Assembly: GCA_013239625.1 (NCBI GenBank)
Contig: MU057357.1
Coordinates: forward strand, 40,132,128-40,196,127
Origin: Lama guanicoe
Taxonomy: Eukaryota
DNA length: 64,000 nucleotides
Reading direction: 5' to 3'
A model generated the notes under the pieces. It made no database searches, was not told the DNA's origin, and was given only the letters and a program-made list of their open reading frames with translations. Positions 35,891 to 49,950 of this stretch are shown here, one piece after another. The position numbers were made by a program, and so were the translations under genes. The number at the start of each line of letters is the position of its first letter. Within the stretch, counting starts at the first letter, position 1.

Positions 35891-38487
35891 GGCCTCTTCA
35901 GTAAAGGACATTCAGTTGTAAGGGACCTAGGTGGCCCCAGCTTTCTTCATGCAGATGGTTGACCACTGATACTGGGGAAGTAACCTGGACTTCTTGTTTC
36001 TCTGTTTTCCTACATACTTCTGGGTTAGTGTCACCAACACACTGCAAAAAGGACAGCCAGAAAAAATGAAGACCAACTGCCAAGTTACCAGCAAAAGGGC
36101 CTGCTCTTTGTATGATGTTTGGAGTCCTGCGTTAACTTTGCACTTTTACACCTAGCACCCACCATGGCACATTCCAGACTACCCTAAGACTCCAGCAGTC
36201 TCTAATGAGGAAGAAAATCTTCCTAGCGTGTGACAAATGCTGCCAAGTATCATTGACTGATGACGCATTATGTTCTCAAGAATAAACGAATGACATTCAG
36301 ACGGGGGAAGGAGGATAATGTTCAACTCTAAAATGTAGAACCTTTCGTAAAATCCCAGAATGTCGGACCTAGGAAACAAAGTGAAGACGAAGACCATTTT
36401 GCCCAATCTCCTATTAGAAGCAGCACCCCAGAGAAGTTGGTGACTTTCCCAAGGCCAGCGGCCAGTCGCTAGGAGAGTTGAGATGAGAAGCCAGGCCTAC
36501 TGAGTGCCAGTCTGGCTGTCTTGCCCCCGCCCGAGATTGCAGAAAGTATTTTGTCAATGATTTTCGTATTCAGTTGCAGGTGAAATGTAGAGTGGTCCAT
36601 TTCTTTACTGGACACTGCCTTCCCAATGTGAGGGAGGCCGCTGGAGAGCTCCCTCAGGTGCAGCACGCAGGAAGCCCGGGTGAGGGAAAGGCAAGGCCGC
36701 GCTCTCGCGGCCGCCACTCCCACGGGGTTTGCAGAGCTGGGCCTTTGCCTTCCAGGCAGTCCCGAGAACCCTCTGCTCCAGTCCGTTGTTTGGGAGGTAA
36801 ATGAATCAGACTGACTTGGTCTCGAGCAGAGTTCAGTGAGGGGCATGAGGGAGCAGAGGAAATGGTCACTTCCTATCCACAAATAAAAACGTTTCTGAAA
36901 GCCTTGCTGCTGCTGGGTAGCGGTAGCCAGGCCTCTGTCGAGCTCTGGCCATATTGGCCTTGGGGCCCGAGAGGCTTGCGCGCTGCAGGGCTCTGGCCCC
37001 ACTGCGGGGATGGAGAACGTCTAGCCCTGCCTGGAAGAGCTCGGGCAGCCTGCGGAGGCCTTCTCCTGGGAGCTCTCTGCATTCCCAGCAAGCCAGGAAG
37101 CACTGCCCCGTCTGCAGTCAGATCCATGGGGCTGCACAGACATGTCTGAGGACAAGGACAGCTACAGGTCACCTTTGTACCTGCAGAGCAATGACCTGGG
37201 GATCCCCACGGGCAAGAATGGAGAGGAAGGCAGATAAAGACAGAAACCCAGGCCCGGAATGGCACCCAGAGCTGCTCTCCCCACCTCTGGGCTATCCTCG
37301 AAGTAAGCCCAAAGGAAATTTCTGGGGCTGATCTCAGCATGATCTGTGATCCCACCCACAGCCAGAGCATTTGCAGGGAGTTGAGGGGCATTCTCCACAG
37401 CCCTTGCAGAGACCTGGACCAGTAGTCCCCCAGACCCCTCCCTGTGGACTGCCAAGGGGTGGGGTGCTTTGCTCCCCCTCCCCCCCGGGCTCTCTGGTGC
37501 TGTCAGATGGTGGATCATCTGGCCATTTTTTTCAAGCCCAGGGAAAGACACACTAGAAAAGCTCTCCAGAGAGCAGAAGTTCAAACAGAACCCACTCCAT
37601 TCTCAGGCCTGGTCTGATCTGATCTGGGATGGTTCTCAGGGAGGTGAGCTACTCATAGCCCCGTGGGGCCTTTCCAACCTCAAGTCCACAGGTCACTGCT
37701 CCTGGTCTCAGGGCCATAGGATCTCTGTGTTTTTCTGATGTGACCAGGACCATTCTAGAATAAAGCATGAAACCAGAGGCAGAGCTAAGATTTAGGTTTA
37801 GAAGTTTCCGGCGCCCAAGTCTGTGGTCTCTGCTCTGGTGTTTGGTTAAGGTGACAGTTTTGGTGACACGTCCTGCCTTCGTGTGTGCTGTGCCAGCAGC
37901 AGCCAGCCTCCGGTCCTGTCTCCTCGGCGTGTGCAGGCTGCTGCCTCACTGCTGCACCTCCTGCTCCATGAGCCTGGATGGGGCAGAAATGGATTCTGGC
38001 TTTCCCTCTGGCCAGGGGGTATGGAGGGGCCTCCTGGGGGCCGGCTCTGGCGGGTACAAGCGGGCCCCGCCTTCTCTTGAATTTACTGTCCCAGCCCCAG
38101 TGTAAGCTGATGAACTCCCATGAAACCAGCAGTGGCCTGCTTGCCAGGAGGAACTAGAGGGCAGGGTGTGCTGTAACTAGCCCTGTTACGTAAGTCAGCC
38201 CAGTGAGTTCCTCCTTCCCTCTCCACAGAGCACATCAGCAGGGCCCAAATCAAACTCAATCCCAATAGAAAGGCCACAGGCAGAAAGCTTGCACTATGTA
38301 GATGCTAGGGGCTGGGAATTTAAGAGACTGCACATGGTTCAGAGTTGAGAAAACAACAGAAGCAGCATGCTCAGAGTGCCCTGTTCATTGAATGTTAGAT
38401 GCGAAAGGGAGACGGCTTCTGGAAATATTTGAAAAGGAGGCTCTCTGTGAACAGTGAGTGCTCTGTATAAAGAAGCATTGTCCCAAT

Positions 38488-38934
38488 CAGTGTTTTGAAA
38501 CCTTTTTTGACCATGACCCACAATAAGAAATGCCTTTTTCTCTGAGATGCAGTACAGATAGATGGATCATAGAAATTAGAGTTCTATAAAATAATTCCCA
38601 TCCTGACCAAATGCAGTACATTTTCTGTTATATTAAAAAAAAAAAAAAGAANNNNNNNNNNNNNNNNNNNNNNNNNNNNNNNNNNNNNNNNNNNNNNNNN
38701 NNNNNNNNNNNNNNNNNNNNNNNNNNNNNNNNNNNNNNNNNNNNNNNNNNNNNNNATAGATGGATCATAGAAAAATTAGAGTTCTATAAAATTTCCCACC
38801 TTGTGAAAAAATGGAGTATTTTTTGTTTTATAAAAAAAAAAAAAAGAAGAAGTAGGAGCAGCAGCTGGTTGCAACCCACTAAATTGATTTGACTGCCAGA
38901 GAATAGGCAGCAACTTGCAGTTTGAAAAATACTG
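38488..38934. mobile_element. Non-autonomous hAT-Charlie element spanning a gap (38652-38755)
   Basis: Terminal inverted repeats cagtgttttgaaac / gtttgaaaaatactg; internal gacccac motifs. Confidence 0.7.
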
Positions 38935-41900
38935 CTTTAAACAGAAATGTGTCGGGCATGTAGAAACCCATTCTCATTGCGGCTCTGGCAGATCTCTGCA
39001 GAAGGAGTAACACGGTTTTGTGGCCCTAGAAGAGATTTCTCTACTCTTCAAGTTGCTAGAAGTTGGTGAGGTGGTGATGGAGATGGAGGACCAAGGAAGG
39101 GAGGAGAGGTAGTGGGTGATGGAGAGGAGGCTGGGTTCAGTTCTGCTCACACTGAGTGTCCCCGATGTACTGTCCTGGCACAAGTGGGACAGAGTCTGCT
39201 CATGGTGCACGGGCGCTCACAGTCGATGAGTGTGAACTGATCACCATCCAGCGTGGTTTATAGTTGCATGTGTGTATATGGATGTATAAACAGGATGACA
39301 CAGGGAGCCTGAGGCCCCTTCGTTCTGAGTTCCCTAAAAGGAGGAACCATGTTATAGGGAGGGATCTGTTCAGTGTTACATCCCTAGTTCTGTGTCTCAC
39401 ATAGATTAAGTATTCAATACTTAAGTATTCACTGAAATACCATGTTATCTAATAAATACTTTCACTTAGACTAGTAATTATGGTAATATTAGTAAGACAT
39501 TTTTTTGAAGGGCACTTTAACACACTTGATTCATAATGTAGCATAAGAACGGACAGGGCAGATAAGAACGACCCCAAAAAGTTGAGGTTAAAGAGCAGAA
39601 CTGCTAAATCTTACCTGGGCTTCAGGTCCTTTACATAGCAAACCTTTACCAATTTGAGGTTTATCTGCCTTGACTTGTAGGTGTAGGTGACCTTGGGACA
39701 AGTTGCTCTGGCTCTTCACTTGGAGATCAGAAGTCAAAGTGGTGAGGGGCGAGTTGCCCCAGGTCGACTAGGGAACACAGGCGGGAGCACATTCTGAATT
39801 TCCACCCCTGCGTGTCTGAAACCACGCTGAGTTCATCCACTTGGGTTAGGCAGTTCAAGATGATGTGATGCAGGCTTAAATCATCCAAAGTTTTGGGTGG
39901 TAGCCTTCTGTAGAGAGGAGAGTGCTTATAGACCACTCTCTATTGGATCCTAAATGAAGTCTTTGTTTCAAGTTCTGGACCAGCCGGCATCGACAGGGCA
40001 TTGAGGCTGAGAAGTGGTCAGGGACCGTGGAGACCCCAGCATGGATCCCACTGCAGAGTGATGGGAGCTCCTTGGCACCCTCTGAGCTGAGTTTCCTGGA
40101 AGGGTCCAGCCCCAGGTACAGGTCTTCAGTACCTAAGCCTTTTGGTCCAGACCCCAGCCTGTCATCCTGCTGCTACACTGAACTAGCTACAGGTCCTTCC
40201 TTCAAGCGATTGTGGGATGAAGGGAGGGGGAATGGGGAGCAGGCAGGGAAGCAGTGGTGTGAGGAGAGGAGAGGGAAAGACAACGAGTGACTTCAGAAAA
40301 GTAAGTTTTCCGTCTAAATGAGGTCACATCACTTGAAGGCTTAGAATAAGGAGATGCCCCTAAAGTGGGTGGATTTAACCTCAAGATGATAGTTATCCTT
40401 TTCAGACATTTGTCCAAGCTCTGCATGGCCCAACCGCAGGGAAAACAGCTGGGGACAACTGGGAACTGGGATCCAGCCGCAAAGAATAGGTAATTCTTTG
40501 GCTCCAGAGGTTAAGTGTGGGCGTCAGGACCTGGGATGTGTGAGGCTTTCACAGGATCATAGGCCCACCTAGCAGACTCTGTGTTTAATAGTTTTTCTAG
40601 TTATCTGCATCTATTTAAGATAAAAAAAATTCTTGGATAAGATGAAATCTCAGTGCAAAAGAGCATTCAAAATAAGAAAGGCCAGCCCGGGTTTGAACTC
40701 CAGCTCTGTCCCCATCCTTGTGACCCTGGGCCTCAGGTTCCTCATTGGTAAATTCAGTGGGTAAGGGTTGGGAGATGCTCGCTAATCTACACCCTGTGGC
40801 TCCCTGCAGCCTGAGAAACGTTTTCTGGCAGGAAAGAGAGGCTGCCCAGAGCTTCCTTCTCAGGCAGCCAATGGGAACATGCTTTCCTGTGCCCACATAT
40901 GGAAGCAATTTCTAGATTATCCAAGGCACTTGTGCTGCTGAGCTCAACCGAAATAGAGGAGCTCCGTGGTGGAAAGTGGAAAAAGAGAAAAAAAAAAACA
41001 AACCTATGCTCGTTTTCTTACTGACTTTCACATCTGGAATCACCAGTGCAGTCTGCCTTTCCGTGCTGTCTTGGAGTGTGCCAGTGGGTCTGGGGCATTC
41101 CACAGATAAAATTCTGATAAAAACCGAATGCGGGTTGAGCTTACTGCTTCTCCCCTGGGGCCAAAGGCCTCTGCCCTTCTCCCCTGCAAGCTTATGGCTG
41201 GCGGCTGGGGAGGAGTGCGAATTCCAGAGTTTTGTTCCCACATTTATTGTAATCTTTCTCTCTGGCCTGTTAAAATGAGGACTGTTAAGGGCTGCTCTGT
41301 GAAGTTGAATTGGGAAACATTAGCCAAGTGCTTTGAAGGAGAAAATGTTTTATTAGTTCCTTCTCTGCCAAGCAACCCTTTACTGACTGCCTCTTCTGAA
41401 ATCCTCAGAGGTTTTGGTAGCAGTGGAGTGGTAACTTGTAAGTTGTAAACTGGAGGCACGGGGCGTTTACTCCTAAATTTGGGTCAGGAGAATGACTTTT
41501 TCTAGAGCATGACTTTATTCAAAAAGCTTCATCTGTGGCCCTGGTCCCCATAAGTGGTCCTAAGGCCCTTATTTCCTCCTTCCTTCCCTTCACCCTTGAC
41601 CTCTATTCTTGGGAAAGAAGGTTACTGAACAGGACATGTTTACAGAGAAATGCTTTTTGTTCCCCTTTTAGTCTGTCTCTAACTTCTCTACTGCCTAATC
41701 CCCCACCAACATTAAGATTTAAAAATTAATTTGTGAACCAGAGCTATTCTTTCTAGAAATGAAATCTGAGTCATGAGAGAGCTATAAATGTTTACCAACA
41801 CTTGTCCAAGCTGTTGCATCAGTGTTCACGTAATGACCCGGGATATCCCTTTCAGATACTTTCTGGAAACAACTCTCAAAATCAAGACATTAGGCTGGTG

Positions 41901-42679
41901 AATGCCGAACGCCTCTTAGCAGGGACCACATTCTTTGTTGTTGTTCTTGCCGAGTCTCCAGCGCAGAGAGGCGGCCCTCTTACACCCTTTAGAGAGAGCG
42001 CATTTGTGGCTCTGGTTTGCTTCAGCTGGGGTTGCTGCCCTGGAGGGCCAGAAATCAAACGTGACACGAAGATGCAAACACTCATGGGAACCTCACATGC
42101 CTGGCCATGCTATTTCAGGATGCTCAGATTAGCTCTGCTTGGCTATGAATGTGGTCATAATTCCACATATACACAGATTTCCCCCTGTGGCTTCTTGCCT
42201 GTTTTAAAGCTGCTAAACATTGCCACTCTATAGAACCACGATCAGGAATGTATAAGCCCCATCTCTGTAGGATTCTGTGCTAGATTCTCTTCAGTGCTAT
42301 TCAGAAAAGTTCAACCCACCTGCCTCCTGGCCACCAGGTGCTAAGGGTCTGAAACCCCGCTCCAGGAGAAGGGTTACTGAGTGCAAGCCTGTTCCTGCCA
42401 CGGACATGTGCAGCATTAACTCGGGGCCAGGTAAGGTGCCCTGTGGGGTCAGGCTGCTCCCTGCTCTGGTGAGAAGATGAAGACCATTCACTTCACCTGT
42501 CCTTCCCTCCAGGAACTCCTTCCTCTTCAGGGCAGCCATCACATCCTGCCCCTGGTCTCCAGTGCAGCCACTGCCACACCCATCTCCCCACTCCCCAGGC
42601 TCCCACTGACCAATACAGATGAACTCTCCTCGGTCACCCCAGACCGCCTCACTCCCCTGCAGCCTGTTTTTGCTTCATC

Positions 42680-43215
42680 TCCTCACTCACCAAACGTTTC
42701 TTCAGTGCTCACTATTGAGGCTTGCTGAAGGCAGGGCCCTTGTCGCTGTGAAGTGTATGTTCCAGAAGGGAGAAACTGATACTAAACAAGCAAACAAGTA
42801 ACTACTTAGATAAGTAAATGAATGCTTAGATAATTAATTCTTAGGTTAATTACTTTGGTGAATTAATTAGTAGTGATACGGGCTGTGGAGAGGCTGGCAG
42901 GATGATGGGATGGGAATGGTGGGGATGCTCCCTGAAGTTTGGCTGAGAGAAGTCTGTGAGAGTTGAGATACAAATGACCAGGAGCCAGACACCCACATCT
43001 AGGGAAGAGCAGGCATCAGGGAGAAACGTGCATCAGGTAGAGGGAATGGCCCTGAGGTGAGACCAAGCCGGACAGATCCTGGGAAAAGAAAGAAGGCTGG
43101 TGGGGGAGGGGAAGGACGACGTCAGAGACCAGGTCACGCCCTCTGTGAGCACCTTACTCTAACAGGGTTTCGGTGGAGTGTATCGTCTGGTAAGTGTTTT
43201 AATAGAATCACTCTT
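42680..43215 (-). mobile_element. L2 fragment
   Basis: tcactcaccaaacgtttc...tgagagttgagatacaaatgaccaggagccag...aagtgttttaa. Confidence 0.6.
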
Positions 43216-43646
43216 TTTTTTTTAATTATTTTTTTTAAGTACAGTTAGTTACAGTTTGTCAGTTTCTGGTGTACAGCACAATGTCCCAGCCATGCATATA
43301 CATACATATATTCGTTTTCATATTCTTTTTCATTAAAAGTTATTACAAGATATTGAACATAGTTTCCTGTGCTATATAGAAGAAACATTTTTAAAATCTG
43401 TTTTTATATATGTAGTGGCTAACATTTGCAAATCTCAAACTCCCATATTTATCCCTTCCCACTCTCTTGCCCTTGGTAACCATAAGATTGTTTACTATGT
43501 CTGTGAGTCTGTTTCTGTTTTGTAGATGAGTTCATAGGGTACTTTTTTTTTTTAAGATTCCACATATGAGTGATATCATATGGTATTATTCTCTCTCTTT
43601 TTGGCTTACTTCACTTAGAATGATGATCTCTAGGTCCATCCGTGTT
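43216..43646 (-). mobile_element. Camelid-type L1 3' end with 14-bp TSD
   Basis: Perfect TSD atagaatcactctt at 43202-43215 and 43647-43660; poly-T start; 3'UTR related to the 53140-54483 copy. Confidence 0.92.
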
Positions 43647-43772
43647 ATAGAATCACTCTTGCTTGCATCCCATTTCCACCCAGCTCTGAACTCGTAGCCT
43701 CAAGGGCTGACTCACACAGGCTTGTTGGTCAGGGTGCCCTCAGCTCCGCCTACAGTGCTCCGTTTCTCCCTG

Positions 43773-44101
43773 NNNNNNNNNNNNNNNNNNNNNNNNNNNN
43801 NNGGGTCTTTTTTTTTTTTAAGATTCCACATATGAGTGATATTCTATGGTATTATTCTCTCTCTTTTTGGCTTACTTCACTTAGAATGATGATCTCTAGG
43901 TCCATCCGTGTTATAGAATCACTCTTGCTTGCATCCCATTTCCACCCAGCTCTGAACTCGTAGCCTCAAGGGCTGACTCACACAGGCTTGTTGGTCAGGG
44001 TGCCCTCAGCTCCGCCTACAGTGCTCCGTTTCTCCCTGTCCCCCTCCCCGCGCTCNNNNNNNNNNNNNNNNNNNNNNNNNNNNNNNNNNNNNNNNNNNNN
44101 N
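43773..44101. other. Two assembly gaps (43773-43802, 44056-44101) enclosing a duplicated segment
   Basis: N runs; 43803-44038 repeats 43537-43772. Confidence 0.95.
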
Positions 44102-44374
44102 CCCCCCCCCGCCCCACATGCCCGCCCCACATGCCCGCTGCTGGAATTCAGGTCGGGCACTAATTCAGCCCCAGCACCAGCTAATCAGCTGTGCCTGGGG
44201 ATTTAGAGGATGGGTGAATCAGTCTACCCTGAGCGGGACTGAGTGCTGGGCAGAGAGGAGGGTGAGGTGCTTACTAGGCTGTGAGACCTTGAACAGTTTC
44301 TTCTTCTTCCTGACCTCAGCCCCTCCCTCTTTCAGGTGCTCTCTGGCTGTGAGCTGTAGTGATCTGTGCCACCA

Positions 44375-46270
44375 TCACAGTAACAGTATTTATCAGGCAC
44401 TTGCTCTATGCCAGGCTTCACGTGTATCACTCTCACTTTCCTGAGACTGGCACTGCTGTTATCCCCATTTTACAGTGGAGGAAGCAGAGGCACAGAGGGG
44501 TTAAGCAACTTTTCCAGAGCCCCCAGCTAGCAGGCGGGTGAGCCAGGATTCAAGGCAGGCGGTCTGATAGCCCCGTGCTGTAAGTCCCTACACCCTATGG
44601 CCCCATGCAGTGGGAATGTCTGATCCTTCCCACCCGACAGTCCTGAACGAGGTTCTTTTCCAGAGTGCGCAGCCCAGATGCTCCCTGCTGACATACCCGG
44701 CCTCAGGCTGTGAGCAGGCCTGTTAAGATCACCGAGTTAGGGTGACATCTCCTACATCAGCCATTCCAGTGCTGACTGTCCCCTCCAGGATAAACCCAGA
44801 AGTCCTCTTCTAGTCCAAATGTGAAAGCCTCCTCTCTGAGCACACCCACTACCTGCCAAATAACAGTCAGTATGAATGGTAGAAACAGGTGTGTATGGGG
44901 CACTCCCATGGACTTGGCTCTCTTTTTTTATTATTCTTATTTTACTGATGAAAAAACTAAGGAGCAGAGAGGTTAGGCAACCTGCTTAAGGTCACAGAGG
45001 TAGTAAATGGTAGAATCAGGGTTTGAACCCTGGCAGGCTGGCCGCAGAGAGCATTTAGAGTACACTTCTGTATACAGAAGCATTCCACCCCTCTGGTTTC
45101 CATGCGGTGGTCCATATTCCAATGCTTGTAGCCTCGGAATAGTCTAGTTTTATTAACATAGGACAGGCCTGTCAATATTTGAAGACAGTTGTCACATCTC
45201 TCTTGCTTCCAAACCAGCACACCATGCTCTTAGGGAGCAGTTCTACCCTGGGTTCCCCTCTTCCTCCCAGAAAAGCACAAAGAGTGCTTTATAATTCTCC
45301 ATCCAAATCCAGACACTTGTCAGAGGCAGGGGAGCACTATTAATAATTATGCTGGGACAACAGGCATAAACGGGGACTGTCCTGGGCAAACCAGGATGTG
45401 GTTCATCCCACCCCCCAGGCCACAGCAGAAATGCCACTGCTCAGAATGCCTTCTGAACACTTTGTTCAAGTGGATTATGGGAAAGCTGAGCTAATTTTAC
45501 ATAGATGCATTATTGATGGGAAATCAGGTTTTAGGAGTCTGCCATTAGACTTCTTGCAGTGGAAAAGGGCTAGATGTAAGGTCAAGTCCTACAGTTGCTA
45601 CCGTGATCTTGAATGAGTCACTTCCCATCCCAAGTTCACAGTTTGCTCATCTGTATGGTAGAGGTTGGCAATCCAGAAGTCTCTTCCAGTTCTAAAACTC
45701 TGATCTCATGTCAGCCTTCCTGACAGAAGCAAAGATCTAAATTCTCTCTTTGAAGCCACGAACATGGAACTTGGAGATTTTAACCCATTTTGGGTGTCAG
45801 TTTAGCAGCTCTTCTACTAGCGTTATTTGCCAAACCTCAGACGTAGATTTTTGAGAGCAAGATCTCCTTGTCTCCTTAGCCTGTTTGAAGGGTGTTGGTG
45901 AAATTGTGCCGAGCACTGAGGATCTACTGTCAGTAATGCTTTTTCTCCGAGACAGCCATGGATTTTGTCAATCCAAACACAGGAAACAGAAACCAGCCTC
46001 TATTGAAAGTACCTATTGACTTACTGAGAACTTCTCTTTATTTAAAAAAAAAAGTGTACCTTTTATGTTTCCTAAAACCTATGTCTCTGAAATATGTGTT
46101 TTCACATAATTTATCATATTACATCCTCAAGATGTCCATGTAAAGGTACGTATCATCTTTGTTTTCTAGACACTGAAACAGAGGCTCAAGGAGACAGAGC
46201 AGCTTGTCCGAGGACACAGATGGTGGTGGGATTGCAACTCAGATTCACGTCTGCAGGACTCTTCTCCAGG
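44375..46270. mobile_element. Several MIR/MIR3 copies and a MER94-like hAT fragment (~45240-45410)
   Basis: MIR cores at ~44460, ~44945, ~45640 and ~46170; attatgctgggacaacaggcataaacggggactgtcctgggcaaaccaggatg is MER94-like. Confidence 0.7.
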
Positions 46271-47865
46271 AGACTTTGTCCTGCACCAGTAATTTTCAGT
46301 TTGTGATTTTCTTGACAGAGAGCTCATTTTTTCAAAGAGAAGCAAAGCTTTTTAGGATAAAGTGGGGTGTATTTATCTGCCTTATGTGGTGCTCAGTGAG
46401 GGGCTCTGTGGAACCCCCAGCCCCTACTGATCATGGTTTGAACAACCCTGCACTTTTCCAGGTTGCCTCACACTGTTTTGCCCCTTTCAAGGCTATAGAA
46501 TACTTATGGGATTCTGCACAATTTCATTGTCCCTGAACTTGCTGCTTTTAATAAGTTTCACTGTGATTCTAAGTCACTTGGTAAAACACTCGGGCTTGTG
46601 TCAGCTGCGTGGACACGATTTTCGCTAGGGGCATTGACTCACTCCTTCCCCCTCTCCCTTAACCCCCGAGGCTCAGTTATGACCCTCTCCACCCTGTTTT
46701 CCCACCTTGCCCTGCGGAATCTCAGTCCCACCTGTACCATTCACAGAATCGTACGTTCTTTCTCGATATGACTTGCCTGCCTTCATCATTCATTCACTTC
46801 CCCAACAATAAACACTTGTTAAATATTTAGTAAATAAAATCATGTGGAAAGGCCTAGCCCAATAGCCAGCACATAAGGAGAATGAGTCCCCATCCCTGTC
46901 ACAAAGCATGGTACTCCTTCCTTTCCTTGTGTCTGAGATGATTGGCTTCACCATGACAATCTCCCAGGTTGCTTCTCTAGAAAAACCCTGTTGCTCCTAT
47001 GCCAGCTTTTTCTCTTCCTTAGAAGGTAAAAATGGGGTGCTTGGCTCATTTTCACTGCCTGCTTACCCTGTCCTTGCCCCGTAGTCAAAGCACAGTCTAT
47101 GGCTCCACCAGAAGTTACTCCGCAGAAGAGGAAAAGTTAGAGAACAAGCTTCCCATCCTCTGGGGTTGCGAATCCGAGGGATCAGCCAAGTGGCATCTAT
47201 TCACAGAGCCTCCTTATCAAGGAAGAAAAAGAAAGAGTGGGAAATAGTTCCTAATTTTTAAGTCTGGATTTTTTCCTCTCTCAGCAGTATTTAAAAGGGG
47301 TTCATGCTCAGTCTTTCCAACTGACAGGACATTTGATAAATGCTGACAGTTTATGTTTATTCTTAAGATTCTGTTTCTCTTGCTTAGTGTCTGGAGCTTT
47401 GCAAACACTGGGAACTGGTCCTTCTCTTTCTAAGAATGCAACATTCATGCCACCAGATTTTTCTTAAATATACTTCTTTAATCTCCACCACTTTAGATTT
47501 ATGAATTGGAAATAGTTTTAAAAGACATGATCTATTCCAAAAATACATTAATAATTTTACCTACAAGAGAGATCATTCAGAAATGGCAAAGCATTAGTCC
47601 AGTGTAAACTGTTGGAAAATATTTTTGGCATTCTGTTTTTTAATTTTTGCCAAAGACATATTTTGCTTCAGCCATATTTCTTATGTAACGATCCCTTTTC
47701 TTTCTGAAAGAGCAGTAATTAGAAGTAGCAATCTGAAGTTCCATCAATCCACTATAAATTTAGCAGTCTTTCTCTTCATTCTGCACATGGGTTTTTAAAA
47801 ATAATCTAGCTGTGTCCTGGATTATGTAACAGTGCCTCAGCTGTCTCCATGAGGCATCAAAATTT

Positions 47866-47888
47866 TGTGTGTGTGTGTGTGTGTGTGT
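47866..47888. repeat. (TG)n microsatellite
   Basis: About 11 uninterrupted TG units. Confidence 0.95.
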
Positions 47889-48351
47889 AATGGATTGGAT
47901 GCCTTGGCGAAAGTTATGATTAGCTCTTTGTTTTATTTCTACTATTTTAGTTACTTGTCAGAATTGGCCATTTTGTTCTTTGGGTGATTTTTCACACTGA
48001 ACCGAGCATCTAATGCTCAGTCCAGCTAAGCCAGGAGCCCCCACAATGTTCTAGTCCACCCTGAACATAAGGCATCCCCTGTGCCCTCATCCACAGCTTT
48101 GGATCTACAGTACTGATGAGTTAGAGAAAATGGAACAGCAGCATGGGTTGGCCACAGGCTAGTTTCCATTTGATTGTTAATGTTCACATCCCTTCCTTGG
48201 TTGGACTCCTTAACTTTCATGCAGACCAGGAATCCTTTAAAAAAAGTAGGAAAATCTTTTCATTGGAAAATGTCTTAAAACCAAAGAAAATGACAGAGGA
48301 AAATTGTGATGTATTGTAAATGGAAGCTGGTGTTATGAATCCCTCTATATC

Positions 48352-48486
48352 TTTTTTTAAAAAATTGAAGTATAGTTGATTTACAGTGTGTTAATTTCTG
48401 GTGTACAGTAGAGTGATTCATTTGTGCGTATCTTTATCTATATCTATATCTAGATACAGATATTCCTTTTCATATTCTTTTTATTT
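48352..48486 (-). mobile_element. Very short 5'-truncated L1 with TSD cctctatatc
   Basis: attgaagtatagttgatttacagtgtg L1 terminus; TSD at 48342-48351 and 48487-48496. Confidence 0.85.
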
Positions 48487-48600
48487 CCTCTATATCCTTT
48501 TAGTTCTCTTGCTCTTTTCTTGGATCTGCCTATTAGAAACATTGACTTGTCTTTGTGTGAAATTTATTCTGTGAAATAATTTTGTATTTCCTTTTATTTA

Positions 48601-49087
48601 TGTATTGAGTTTATTACAGTTACGTGTTGGTATGTAGCAAACCACCCCAAAACTTAGTGGCTTATAACCGCAATCATTTATTTGCTTGCAAGTCTGTAGT
48701 CTGTGCTGAACTCAGCTGAGCAGCTCTTCTGCTATTCTTGCCTGTGGTCAGACCAAGGCTGCACTCAGGTGGAGGTTAGCTGGGGCAGGACTGAGCTGGG
48801 CTTCTCTTTTTCTCCAGGTCATGTCAGGACCTCCCACCGTCCAAGTGGCCTCTCCGTGTGGTCTTTCCATATGGTCAGGATTGCTGTACTTTTTGCATGG
48901 TCGTTAGGATCATAAGAGCAGAAGCTGCCAGGCCTTCTTAAAGCTCAGACCCGGAATTGGCAGGGTGTCACTTCTGCAGCTTTCTTTTGATTAAAGCAGG
49001 TCATAGGTACAGCCCAGTTCAGGGGGAGGGGTGACTACCAGGAGGCATGATTCATTGGAGGCCACCAATGGAAAAGACTACCCTACA
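48601..49087 (-). mobile_element. Old MaLR solo LTR (MLT1I/J/K-like)
   Basis: tgtatt...aaccaccccaaaacttagtggctt...gtgtcacttctgc...gactaccctaca. Confidence 0.8.
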
Positions 49088-49089
49088 GT

Positions 49090-49950
49090 CATTCTTCAGT
49101 CATGTGGTACTTATCAAGTGCATGTCACGCACCAGGCAGTGAACATACAGTGGTAAGCAGGCAAAGCATGGTCCCTGCCCTTATGGAATTTGTAGTCTGT
49201 GGGGAGCACAGGAAATCAGGAATGAGGAAATTACCATGCAGGTGGTCAGAGCTGGGACGGGAGCAGTGCCGGGGCCCTGGGAGCATGCCTGGACTTCATG
49301 GAAAATCAGAGAAGGTGTCCTGTGGAGACGGCTGAATGGGGTTGCTGGCAAAAGAACAGCATGCTCCCGGGCCAAGAGACAAGAGAAAACATGGCTCTTC
49401 CATGGAGCTGAGAGAAGTTCTTATGGCTCGAGGGTGGAATGGAGAGAGTAGAGCTGCATGGGGGTGTTTGAGGATCGGGGAGAGAAGGGGTCACACCTTG
49501 GGTTTGTGAAATCAAAGGCCTGAGAATTTAGCAGGAGCCTCTTTACATATGAGAGCCTGGAGGCAAGCCATGTTAAGATGAGACTTGCTTTCAGTTGTGA
49601 TGGGAAGAGAATTTTAAGCAGATCTGCCTTTCAGAGAGATCACAGCTACATCATGCTGAGAAGGAAGGGACCTGGGCCCAGAGACCCCAGGAAACTGTTC
49701 TGGAGCCAGGCAAGGAGAGTGGTGGACGGCTCAGGGGGCAGATTACAGAGATACTAGAAGGTGGAATCTAAAAGTCTTAGTAATTGATTGATTGGTTATA
49801 GGAGTGAATGAGAGGGAAGAGGTGAGGTTACCTTCGGGTTTTTGGCTTAGGTGGTCTCATCTGCTCCAGTAGGGAACCCTGGAAGAGCGGCAGGGTTGGA
49901 TCCTGTCGAGGTGGGCTGGAAGGACCAAGAAAAGTCACCTGGAATGTGCC
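49090..49950 (-). mobile_element. L2 LINE fragment
   Basis: gcaccaggcagtgaacatacagtggtaagc...atggtccctgcccttatggaattt and further L2-like purine-rich body. Confidence 0.75.

Noticed and set aside
36469-38105. Cluster of 100-177 aa ORFs in GC-rich sequence
   Set aside because: No recognisable protein similarity, overlapping in both orientations, and no convincing exon structure. It may be regulatory, but I cannot support that from sequence.
41802-42233. 143-aa ORF in unique sequence
   Set aside because: Non-ATG start, no known motif and no flanking splice evidence.
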